Shown: in pieces, positions 1-7,931 of the stretch
Layout: each line of letters begins with the position of its first letter
Position numbering within the stretch: position 1 is the stretch's first letter
Assembly (NCBI GenBank): GCA_963754115.1
Contig: CAVWFC010000010.1
Span: 403,245-467,244 of the forward strand
DNA length: 64,000 nt
From: an uncultured Acidimicrobiaceae bacterium
Lineage (GTDB): Bacteria > Actinomycetota > Acidimicrobiia > Acidimicrobiales > Palsa-688
Direction of reading: 5' to 3'
The notes under the pieces: generated by a model
What the model saw: the letters and a program-made list of their open reading frames with translations, nothing else
Database searches by the model: none
Told to the model about the DNA's origin: nothing
Position numbers and translations under genes: made by a program

Positions 1-1073
1 CGGCCGGTCCGTCGGGTCGACCGAAAGGCACGCTGTGACCAGTCCCGTTACCGCACCGGGGAGCTCGCAGAGCGCCGGCGCGGGTGACGTCAATAATCGG
101 GCCAGGGACTGCACAACCGGGACCTCGTCGATCCCCGGAAAAGGTGATGACCCGGCGACGACCTGATAAACAGTGGCGCCCAGTGCCCAAATGTCCGACC
201 AGCGTCCTCCTTCGCCTCTCAGCAGCTGAGGGTCGACGTACGCCAGCGGGGGGTAACCCACCTGTGCTGCCGGTCGCTGGCCGTTCGCCAGCGTGGGAGG
301 GGCGAGGACGGCGGTCCCCGCCGTCCCCGGCTCACTGCCGAAAGGGCTCTCGCTGCCCGCGGCCGGGCCCCGTTGGCGGCTACCAGGGCGACGGCCTGGG
401 GGCATATCGCACCGTGCAGCTGGCCCTGCTCGTGAAGCGAGTGCGCGGCGCGTGCGGCGGCAGCCAGGGCCTTTAGCCGCGTCGGCATTTCCATGGCCGG
501 GGGAGGGGAAGCGAGCGTGCCGGTGACGATATTCGACGCGCTGACCCAGATGACTGGTCGCTGCGACCACTCCGCCACGCCGGCCTCCAGCCAGGCCGGC
601 AAGTTGTCGCCGCGAACGCCGGCAATTGGCTCCAGTCGTGCCCTGGCGACCGTCCAGCTCGTTCGGGCCAGCGGGCCAAGGACCCAGATCGTGACCGGAG
701 CTCCGTCGCCGCCGAGCCGAGCCGGGCGGCGGGCACTTAGACATGGAGTCGTGCCGTCGTCAAGGACGGTACCGGTGATCTCGTAGTCGGCCAGCTGGCT
801 AGGCAATGTCCAAGCCTCCTTGAGGGCGCCCTCTTTGGTGACGGACGCTACAGCCTTTTGGGCCGGGTTGTCGCTGTGGGGCGCAAAGGTGCATAAAGGT
901 GCACCGTTTCTTATAACTGCTGAAGCGGCCAAAATCGTGAAAGGAACCGTGGCCGGTAACGACACCAGCTCGCTTGCTAAGTGGCAAGCGTCAGTGTGGA
1001 TAAGGCCCGTTCCGTGGTGGCCGATACAGGCGAGACGATCATCCAGATTTCCGACTGCGTTGGTTTCACCCAC
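1..1073 (-). CDS. protein kinase-like domain protein with degenerate catalytic motifs (pseudokinase-like). Partial, continues past the window start. One apparent frameshift near 330-400
   Basis: ORF 219..1073 has a kinase N-lobe and catalytic-loop layout, but VTIWVL replaces VAxK and LHGAICPQAV replaces HRDxKPxN. A second minus frame running to position 1 reads GYPPLAYVDPQLLRGEGGRWSDIWALGATVYQVVAGSSPFPG (activation segment to helix F). Start uncertain: 1073 would overlap the upstream gene by ~100 nt. Confidence 0.45.
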
Positions 1074-1690
1074 GCCAGCACGCCCACTGCCGTCCCGCCG
1101 CCTTTAAGGCTGAAGTTATAGTGCCACGCCACGGTTGCATTTTTGATGCGTGCCCCGGTAACAGAAGTCACCCGGTACGGCACCTCCAGGAAGCTCCCGA
1201 CGATCGCCGGGAGGGGCCCAAGGTGAGGCGGTTGGTGGTCGGCTTCTGCCACCGACTCTCCCGCTCCGCCGCCGGGGCCCGAGTAGTAGATATCGCCGGA
1301 CGAGTCGCTCATGGACTGCTGCAGAGACCAGGACGAGGGTGCCGAGAAGCTTGCGTAGATCCCCGGTACCGCCTGCCAGCCGCTCGGAACGGGCGGCTTC
1401 ACAGTGGGGTAGCTACCGTTCATCCCGATCGCCGCCCACACCACGACCCCGAGGCAAACCGGGCAGAAGGCCAGCAGCGCGGCCCAGCGCAGAAGCCTTC
1501 TGCGGTCGGCGCTAGTGGGCGGGTCGATGCGGGGGTCGTGTCGCTGACCCGGCCGGGCCGGCGCCTCATCGGGCCTGGAGCTCCCTGGAGCCTGTCCTGT
1601 AACGTCAACCAGGCCAAAGGGGTCGCCCGAGTAGCCGCCACCTCCGTATTGGCCACCGTTGTGGCCCCCCAGAGCCTGTGTGTCAGCCAT
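977..1690 (-). CDS. hypothetical membrane-anchored protein (Gly-rich N-terminus, single TM helix, extracytoplasmic domain)
   Basis: Complete 237-aa ORF with one hydrophobic helix (LLRWAALLAFCPVCLGVVVWAAI). 8-nt overlap with the upstream Fur-family gene suggests co-translation. No family recognised. Confidence 0.5.
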   Translation of the reverse strand: MADTQALGGHNGGQYGGGGYSGDPFGLVDVTGQAPGSSRPDEAPARPGQRHDPRIDPPTSADRRRLLRWAALLAFCPVCLGVVVWAAIGMNGSYPTVKPPVPSGWQAVPGIYASFSAPSSWSLQQSMSDSSGDIYYSGPGGGAGESVAEADHQPPHLGPLPAIVGSFLEVPYRVTSVTGARIKNATVAWHYNFSLKGGGTAVGVLAWVKPTQSEIWMIVSPVSATTERALSTLTLAT

Positions 1691-2177
1691 CGCCTGGCAG
1701 CGCGACGAGCGCAGCCGTCATCGCACCTTGCTCCCGGCAAGCCGAGCAGGCCCCCAGGACGTCCAGGCGGTGGTCGAGGCTGAGGAACCCGTTTACGCTC
1801 GCCAGCCCGTCCAGGTACTTCGCCATCGCTTGTTCGAACGCCGGGGTTGGTATGACGTCGAGGACCTTCCCGCAACCGGTGCACAACAGATGGTGATGGT
1901 GCTCGGTGATGTCTTCCGCCAGCTCGAAGCGAGAGTACTCGTCGTTGGCGGCGACACGGCGTACAACCCCCGCCTGTTGTAAGTCGACGAGGTGCCGGTA
2001 GGCCGAGCTTCGCGGCAGCCGGGGCGCTCTTTCGGCTATGTCCTCGATGCTGATGGGGTGACCGGCCTCAGCCAAAACCTCCACAACCTCCCGCCGGCCC
2101 ACGGTGTAGCGCTGCGAGATTTGCCGGAGCCGCTGCTCGACCAGTCCGTGAAGCGCTTTGTTCACATCAAGAACCAT
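1683..2177 (-). CDS. Fur-family transcriptional regulator (Zur/Mur/Fur type not resolved)
   Basis: Winged-helix N-domain (ISIEDIAERAP...SSAYRHLVDLQQAGVV) followed by the metal-site motif EHHHHLLCTGCGKV and a C-terminal CSAC pair. Last regulator-type gene of the metal ABC operon. Confidence 0.85.
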   Translation of the reverse strand: MVLDVNKALHGLVEQRLRQISQRYTVGRREVVEVLAEAGHPISIEDIAERAPRLPRSSAYRHLVDLQQAGVVRRVAANDEYSRFELAEDITEHHHHLLCTGCGKVLDVIPTPAFEQAMAKYLDGLASVNGFLSLDHRLDVLGACSACREQGAMTAALVALPGDG

Positions 2178-2192
2178 ACCGCGACAGGGGCT

Positions 2193-3119
2193 CTACGAAC
2201 TTCGGCCCGGCCCTGACGGGGACACTGCTCCGGCGAGCCCCGCTCCTTTTGAGGGCGGTGACAAGGGGCCGGCGGGAGTATCCGCGCGAGCTTTGGCGGG
2301 TGCATGTACCTGGCTCCGGCGGGCCGTCCTCCGGGGCGCCACGCAGCGGCCAAGCACGTACCAGAAGGCGGCGAACGTCCCCACGAAGAAGCCAATCGGC
2401 CAGTTGGACCAGAACGAGGCAGTTATTGCCACCCAGACCGTCACCAGCGCAAGCACAACCGACAGCGCCATGGCCACAACGGGCCGGTTCGTGAGGAACC
2501 GGGCGGCGGCCGGAGGGCCGATCATCAGGCTGAACACGAGAAGTGCGCCCACGACGGGGAGCGCCATCGTCGTAACGGCAGCGACCGCCAACAGGAACCA
2601 GAGCTCGACTCGCGGCAGCCGGGCCCCGTTGGCAGCAGCCAGGTCCGGTGAGAGAGACGAGAGCATCAGTGACCGGAACAACAGGACCACCAGGAAGACG
2701 CAGGCGGCGCCGAGCGCGACCGTCGGCAGCACCTCGGTTTGGCTAACGCCAAGGGTTTGGCCGAAGAGCAGCGAGAACGTCTGCTCGGAGTACTCGGTAC
2801 TCATGCTCAGGAACAGCGAGCCGACGGCCAGCAACGTGACCAGGCAAAGAGCCGTCACCACATCGTGGCGGCCCCGCCGGCCCCACCGGGCGATCATCAC
2901 GGCCCCGAGGACGGAGAAGGCGCCGACGCCGACGAGAGTATCGACCCCGATGAGCGCGGCACCGGCCGCGCCGGTGAAAGCACCTTGCGGTATGGCGTGC
3001 GCCGCAAAAGCCGAGCCCCGGAGCACGACGAAAAACCCGACGGCCCCGGCTACGACCGCCATCACGCTGGCGACGACCCAGGTGTCAGTCATGAAACCCG
3101 AGAAAAGGCCGGAGAGCAA
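2193..3119 (-). CDS. metal ABC transporter permease (ABC-3 / ZnuB-MntB-TroD family)
   Basis: 308-aa polytopic membrane ORF with typical ABC-3 layout. Second of two tandem permease genes next to the ATPase and cluster-9 binding protein. Confidence 0.85.
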   Translation of the reverse strand: MLSGLFSGFMTDTWVVASVMAVVAGAVGFFVVLRGSAFAAHAIPQGAFTGAAGAALIGVDTLVGVGAFSVLGAVMIARWGRRGRHDVVTALCLVTLLAVGSLFLSMSTEYSEQTFSLLFGQTLGVSQTEVLPTVALGAACVFLVVLLFRSLMLSSLSPDLAAANGARLPRVELWFLLAVAAVTTMALPVVGALLVFSLMIGPPAAARFLTNRPVVAMALSVVLALVTVWVAITASFWSNWPIGFFVGTFAAFWYVLGRCVAPRRTARRSQVHAPAKARADTPAGPLSPPSKGAGLAGAVSPSGPGRSS

Positions 3120-3131
3120 GGCCGTACCTAC

Positions 3132-4094
3132 CTACCCTTTCCCGGCCGAGAGCCCTGGCGCCAGCTCGGGTCGCCCGTGCGGCGCGTCAACCCGTACGCC
3201 GTTCGCTGCCTTCGGCCACGCGGCGCTCTGGGGGCGGCGTTCGCCCCGCCCTGTCAGCTGGGCGAGCAAGTAAGCCACCATTACGAGGGCGACGACGAAG
3301 AAGCTGACGGGCCACCCTTGATGGGCCGGCGGCCAGGTATAGCTGTCGTAGGCCATCACGATCCCCGCCCACGTCGCCGCTATACCGATGCCCGCAGCCC
3401 AGACCGCAGCCCGCCCCGGGCTCCTGGCCAGCCGTAGAGCAGCGGCGGCAGGCCCGATCAGTAGCGCCGTGCTCAAGATGGCGCCGATAGTGAGGGCAGA
3501 AAGGGCGACCGCCAGGGCCAGCGCGACCGTGAAGCTCATCCGGACGAGGCGCAACCGGGCGCCCTGGGACGCGGCCAGGTCCGGGCTTATCGAGCTCAGC
3601 AGCAATGGCCTGTACACGAGGCCGACCAGGCCGAGGGCGAGGCCGCCCAGGCCGATCACCAGGGGTAACGACGAGGTGCTCACCGCGAAGATGGAGCCAA
3701 AGAGCACCGTTACCGCCGCACCGGTGGTCGAGCCGGAGGTCGTGGTCATGTACAGGAGCAAAGCCGACACGCCGAGGCCCGCCCCGAGCAGAACGCCTGT
3801 GACCAGGTCCCGGTCTTGTTTTCGGTCCGCTCCCAGCAGTTCCATCGCCCCACCACCGGCGACGGCCATGGCGACGAAGCCGACAAGCGGGCTTATGCCG
3901 AGCACGAACGCAGCGGAACCACCGGTGGACGTGATGTCGGCGAAAGCGTGGCCGGCGAAGGACTGGCCCCTCATGACCGTGAAGACGCCGACCGGCGCGC
4001 ACACGACCGCGACCACCGTCCCGACGACCGCCGCCGCCTGCACCGGGGCGCTCGAGAAGATCCCGGCCGGGAAAATAGCGTGGAGAATGCTCAT
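3132..4094 (-). CDS. metal ABC transporter permease (ABC-3 / TroC-like)
   Basis: 320-aa polytopic membrane ORF paralogous to 2193..3119, in operon context. Confidence 0.85.
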   Translation of the reverse strand: MSILHAIFPAGIFSSAPVQAAAVVGTVVAVVCAPVGVFTVMRGQSFAGHAFADITSTGGSAAFVLGISPLVGFVAMAVAGGGAMELLGADRKQDRDLVTGVLLGAGLGVSALLLYMTTTSGSTTGAAVTVLFGSIFAVSTSSLPLVIGLGGLALGLVGLVYRPLLLSSISPDLAASQGARLRLVRMSFTVALALAVALSALTIGAILSTALLIGPAAAALRLARSPGRAAVWAAGIGIAATWAGIVMAYDSYTWPPAHQGWPVSFFVVALVMVAYLLAQLTGRGERRPQSAAWPKAANGVRVDAPHGRPELAPGLSAGKG

Positions 4095-4108
4095 GACTTC
4101 CGCGCGAC

Positions 4109-5275
4109 TTATCTGTAACGCCGGGCGGGGCTTTCACCCATGAGCGCTCCGGGTTGTACGGCGCCACTTGCGGCGGGTGCAGAGGCCGGGACTGGCAACT
4201 CATCCTGGCCCGGGCGGGGCGGGCCTGCCACCGAGGTCTCGGCCAACGAGGTCTCGGCCAACGAGGTCTCGGCCAAGGTCTCGGCCAACGAGGTCTCGGC
4301 CAACGAGGTCTCGGCCAAGGTCTCGGCCAACGAGGTCTCGGCCAACGAGGTCTCGGACAGTAGCTCCCCGACGAACGCTCTTTCGGCACGGTCGCCTGGC
4401 TCGTCGTGGCCTGCCTCGTCGTGGCCGGTCTGGTCGTCGCTTCCGCCATCGGCTGGCTCGTCTGCAACAGCTACGAGCACACGCCCGTGAGCACGGAACA
4501 CGTCCACGTGCCGTCCATAAAGACCGCTCAGGACGTCGCTGCGCACCACGTCCTCGGTCTTCCCGCTGGCGGCTCGCCCGTCGGCCAGGTAAACGACCCG
4601 GTCCATGACCGGCAGGAGCGGGTTGATGTCGTGGGCGGAGAGCAGGATGGCTACTTTTTGCTCTCTTGCGATCCGGGCCAGCAACCTGACTGTTTCCTGC
4701 GTGCTGGGGAGGTCGAGATTGGCCAGCGGCTCGTCGAGGAGGAGAAGGAGCGGGCGCCGGGCCAGTGCGTGGGCTATCAATACTCTCTGTTGCTCGCCGC
4801 CGGACAGGGCCCCGACCCTGGCGTCGGCCAGGTGCAAGGCGTCGACGGAGCCGAGGAGCTCCTCCACGGTGGCTCGTTTGGCGGCCGAGCCGAGGGGGAT
4901 GCCGAGTCGCCGCCCATCGATGCCGAGCTCGACGAGGTCCCGGGCCCGGACAGGAAGATCCGGGTCGAGCACGATCTTCTGAGGGACATAGCCGATCGAC
5001 CGCCGGCCGAGGCGCCCACCCGGGAGCCGCACCCGGCCGGAAGAGGTGGGTTGGAGGCCAAGGACCGCCCGCAACAACGTGGTCTTGCCGGCCCCGTTCA
5101 TACCGATGAGGCCGGTCAGCTCGCCCGCCGCCACGGAGAACGAGATGTCGTGCAGGACTTCTCGTCCGCCCAGCCAGACCGACAGCCGATCGACGACCAG
5201 GGATGGTTCTCCGCTGGTGGGCGCAGCATGCCCCTCTGTCCCGCGGCGAGAAGGTGGCGTGCGTCGCCGCATCAC
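4109..5275 (-). CDS. metal ABC transporter ATP-binding protein with a ~130-aa acidic/His and repeat-containing C-terminal extension
   Basis: Walker A GMNGAGKTT, signature LSGGEQQRV, Walker B LLLLDEP. GTG start overlaps the binding-protein stop (TGTGATG). Tail reads GGSDDQTGHDEAGHDEPGD followed by (SLAET SLAET LAET)x3. Confidence 0.85.
   Translation of the reverse strand: MMRRRTPPSRRGTEGHAAPTSGEPSLVVDRLSVWLGGREVLHDISFSVAAGELTGLIGMNGAGKTTLLRAVLGLQPTSSGRVRLPGGRLGRRSIGYVPQKIVLDPDLPVRARDLVELGIDGRRLGIPLGSAAKRATVEELLGSVDALHLADARVGALSGGEQQRVLIAHALARRPLLLLLDEPLANLDLPSTQETVRLLARIAREQKVAILLSAHDINPLLPVMDRVVYLADGRAASGKTEDVVRSDVLSGLYGRHVDVFRAHGRVLVAVADEPADGGSDDQTGHDEAGHDEPGDRAERAFVGELLSETSLAETSLAETLAETSLAETSLAETLAETSLAETSLAETSVAGPPRPGQDELPVPASAPAASGAVQPGALMGESPARRYR
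4233..4358. repeat. in-frame tandem repeat (15+15+12 nt higher-order unit, about 3 copies) inside the ATPase 3' region
   Basis: gaggtctcggccaac / gaggtctcggccaag / gtctcggccaac units read directly from the sequence. Confidence 0.9.
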
Positions 5276-6234
5276 AGCCTCACCGTCGATGTCCCTTTGA
5301 GCAGCGCCAGGCGCAGGGCGTTGACCTCGGCCAACATCCAGGACTGATAGTCGTACCCGGGTGTCGGCATCGTCTCGTAAACGCCGACTACGGGCACGCC
5401 GGCCTTCTTGGCGTCACTGAGGAAGGTGGCGGTAAGGCTGTCCGTGACCTGCTGGTTGTACAAGAAGACCTTGACGTGATGATCGCGAATGAGGTTCTCT
5501 TCGGTGGTGATGTCCTGGGGGGAGGGGTCAGTGCCGTTCATGATGGCCGACTGCAGCGACTCGGGTGTCATGATGTGCGCTCCTGCCGCCTGCAGCATGT
5601 AGTCAGCCACCGGCTCGGTAACCGCGACCGGGGTACCCGGGTACACGTGCTTGAAGGTGCCGACGGCACTCAACCAGGGCTGAAGAGAAGTGTCGAAGCG
5701 CCGTGCGCCCGACTTGAAATAGCCCGCACGGGCGGGGTCGAGCTTCGACAAGCCTGTGGCGACGGCGTCGGCCACGAGGGGCATGGTGCGCGGGCTGTAC
5801 CACAGGTGAGGGTTGAAAGCGTCGTTCGGCACACCCAGAAGGTCCTGTACCACGATGACCTGGCGACCACGCGGGCTGCTAGCGGACTCGATCTTGTTCA
5901 TGAAGGTGTCGTAGCCGACACCGTTTTGGACTATCAGGCGAGCGTGGCTAACCTCAACCGCGACGCGGGGGCTTGCTTCGAACTCATGGGGGTCGGTGTT
6001 GGGGTTGCTCATGATGGCAGTGACGCTGACGTAGGGCCCGCCGATTTGCGAGATTACGTTTGCGTACTCGTTCTCTGCTGCTACCACAACGATTTTCCCA
6101 CCCCCCGTGGCCGCAGACGCCGGGGCGCCGTCGGCGAGGGCGCCACTGGTCATGGCAGCGGCCAAGGTCATAGCCGCGAGAGGTGCAAGCAGCCGGCGCC
6201 GGATGGACTTCAGTCGATGCAACAGCGAGCCCAT
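5272..6234 (-). CDS. metal ABC transporter substrate-binding protein (cluster 9, ZnuA/MntC/TroA family)
   Basis: Signal-like N-terminus and conserved DPHEFE and NPHLWYSP metal-ligand motifs. First gene of the operon. Confidence 0.85.
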   Translation of the reverse strand: MGSLLHRLKSIRRRLLAPLAAMTLAAAMTSGALADGAPASAATGGGKIVVVAAENEYANVISQIGGPYVSVTAIMSNPNTDPHEFEASPRVAVEVSHARLIVQNGVGYDTFMNKIESASSPRGRQVIVVQDLLGVPNDAFNPHLWYSPRTMPLVADAVATGLSKLDPARAGYFKSGARRFDTSLQPWLSAVGTFKHVYPGTPVAVTEPVADYMLQAAGAHIMTPESLQSAIMNGTDPSPQDITTEENLIRDHHVKVFLYNQQVTDSLTATFLSDAKKAGVPVVGVYETMPTPGYDYQSWMLAEVNALRLALLKGTSTVRL

Positions 6235-6403
6235 GTTCCTAATCCTAATCCTAGACTCAGTCTCATTTCAATCCCACAACAGGCGTAACCCGGGAAACAT
6301 TCCTGTCTGCCTCTTGAATCCGGGGAGAACAAACACACGGCCGCCAGACGTCAACGGCGAAACGACAGGGGCAAAACGACGACGGCAGAGGACGATGGCC
6401 GAC

Positions 6404-6487
6404 GACAAGGGCAGGGTCGGCGACAAGGGCAGGGTCGGCGACAAGGGCAGGGTCGGCGAAGGCCAGGTCATCGAAGGCCAGGTCATC
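6404..6487. repeat. intergenic tandem repeats: 18 nt x3 (gacaagggcagggtcggc) followed by 15 nt x2 (gaaggccaggtcatc)
   Basis: Perfect copies read directly. They lie in the divergent region between the binding-protein gene and the lipid kinase gene. Confidence 0.95.
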
Positions 6488-6527
6488 GAACGGAGGCACG
6501 CCTCACCATGAGATCGCACGCCGCGCC

Positions 6528-7441
6528 GTGAGAAATGTGGCCTTTGTCATCAACCCGGTGAGCATCCGCCACATGGGCGTGCTCCAGAGCCATTGCCGGG
6601 AATTGGCCGCGGCCAACGGGTGGGAGCCCGAGCTCATGGGGACCGTTGCCGGCGAAAGTGCTCCAGAGTTGCTGGGCCACCTGTCCCGGTACGCCGAAGC
6701 GGGCGGCGACCGCCTGGTCTTCGCCGTGGGCGGCGACGGGACGGTCCGGGCGTGCGCCACCGCCCTTGCCCACACCGGCGCCGCCCTGGCCATCGTCCCC
6801 CGGGGTACGGCCAATCTGTTCGCCCGTGCGCTGGGGGTGCCGTCGAGACCTCCGCGCCGCTCTCACTGTCGGGTTCGGCACCGAAGAACGCTGCGTCGAC
6901 ATGGCGGCGGCCGACGGCGACGCCTTTACGGCCATGGCCGGGATCGGTCTCGACGCGGCCGTGGTGCGCTCCACGCCGCGCAGCCTTAAGCATCATCTGG
7001 GGTGGGTCGGTTACGGTGCCGGTGCGCTGGCTCACCTGGGGAGCCGGCCGCACGACGTCTCCTTGCGCCTCGACGGCGGGGAACCCATGGGCCGCCAGGC
7101 CCACTCGGTGGTGGTCGGGAACGTAGGTATCCTGCCCGGTGGCTTCGCCATCTTGCCCGGGGCCAGCCTGGACGACGGGTTGCTCGACGTCGGAGTCCTG
7201 GCCCCGAGAGGTCTGCTCGGGTGGGGCACGATCGCGCGGCGGGTATTGGCCGGTGGCCACCACGCTGACCAGCAGTTCGAGCACTTCAAAGCCAGCCGGG
7301 TGGAGATTCAGCGCGACCGCTGAGCTGCCCCGCGAGGTGGACGGGGACCTCATATCGCCCAGCCGGTCGCTGGTTGTCGAGGTGTGGCCGAGGGCCCTCG
7401 TCGTGCGCTGCCCGACTGCTCCGGCGGGCGGGAACAGCTGA
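6528..7441 (+). CDS. diacylglycerol/lipid kinase family protein (YegS/DagK-like), with two apparent frameshifts (~6840, ~7320)
   Basis: VFAVGGDGTVRAC and LAIVPRGTANLFARALGVP (frame of 6528). Continues RDLRAALTVGFG...GNVGILPGGFAILPGASLDDGLLDVGVL (frame of 6646), then ELPREVDGDLISPSRSLVVEVWPRALVV (frame of 7139). GTG start. Confidence 0.75.
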
Positions 7442-7460
7442 GAACCGGTCCTGGCACGAC

Positions 7461-7560
7461 TGCGCTGCCCGCTGCCCGCTGGCCGCTGGCCGCTGCTGCG
7501 CTGTCCACTGCCCGCTGCCCGCTGCCCGCTGGCCGCTGGCCGCTGCTGCGCTGTCCACTG
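7461..7560. repeat. 50-nt tandem duplication (2 copies, 40 nt identical)
   Basis: 7471-7510 is identical to 7521-7560. GC-rich ctgcccgctggccgct-type internal sub-repeats. Confidence 0.9.
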
Positions 7561-7578
7561 CCGGGGGGCGCTCGAGCG

Positions 7579-7712
7579 GCTCACACTTTCATCACATTTG
7601 CTGCCATCTGGTTGCGATCCCGCTAACTCGTTGCGATATCGTGACTTTTTGCTACCGGAGCGCGACGAGATGGTCAGATCGCAACGGGAATGCTGCAAAT
7701 GTGAAGGACCCA
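7579..7712. repeat. copy A of a ~133-nt conserved intergenic element with terminal inverted repeats (candidate structured RNA or MITE-like element)
   Basis: Aligns colinearly with 59328-59460 (offset 51749-51750) at roughly two-thirds identity. Terminal pairing tcacatttgc (7592-7601) with gcaaatgtga (7695-7704). Inner stem 7627-7637 with 7679-7689. Confidence 0.7.
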
Positions 7713-7737
7713 CCACGCTGCGAGCCCGCCAACCCCG

Positions 7738-7836
7738 TGCCCACCGGCCCACCCGGTCGTGCGGCCCACCGGCCTACCGGCCCACCCGGCCCACCCGGCC
7801 CTGCGGCCCACCCGGCCCTGCGGGCCCACCGCCGCC
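7738..7836. repeat. low-complexity 9-nt-type repeat tract (cggcccacc variants)
   Basis: ccaccggcccacccggtcgtgcggcccaccggcctaccggcccacccggcccacccggccctgcggcccacccggccctgcgggcccacc read directly. No convincing ORF context. Confidence 0.8.
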
Positions 7837-7931
7837 CGTCGCGGAATATCGCTCATGGCGCCACTGTTGCCCAAGTGTCACTAAGGCCATTGCCACATAA
7901 GAAGGCGGCCTCAACAGGTTAGGAGGAAGCC

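Noticed and set aside
3187-4467. 426-aa minus-strand ORF overlapping the permease and ATPase genes in another frame
   Set aside because: Its composition is Arg/Pro/Gly/Trp-rich (RPRWPRP repeats mirror the DNA repeat). It has no motifs and lies fully inside two well-supported genes. This is a typical high-GC alternate-frame artefact.
6235-6300. Fur/Zur box upstream of the binding-protein gene (AT-richer stretch with taatcc taatcc and ttgaaatgagact)
   Set aside because: I could not match a convincing 7-1-7 or 9-1-9 Fur-family palindrome by eye. It would need a position-weight-matrix scan, so it is not reported as a feature.
6634-7752. 372-aa ORF antisense to the lipid kinase gene, extending through the repeat region
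   Set aside because: It is low-complexity (SGQRAAGSGQR repeats come from the 50-nt duplication) and antisense to a motif-supported gene.
7374-7922. ORFs with PTGPPGPPGP collagen-like strings upstream of pirin
   Set aside because: These are translations of the cggcccacc low-complexity tract. They have no SD, no signal peptide and no regular G-X-Y periodicity over a meaningful length.
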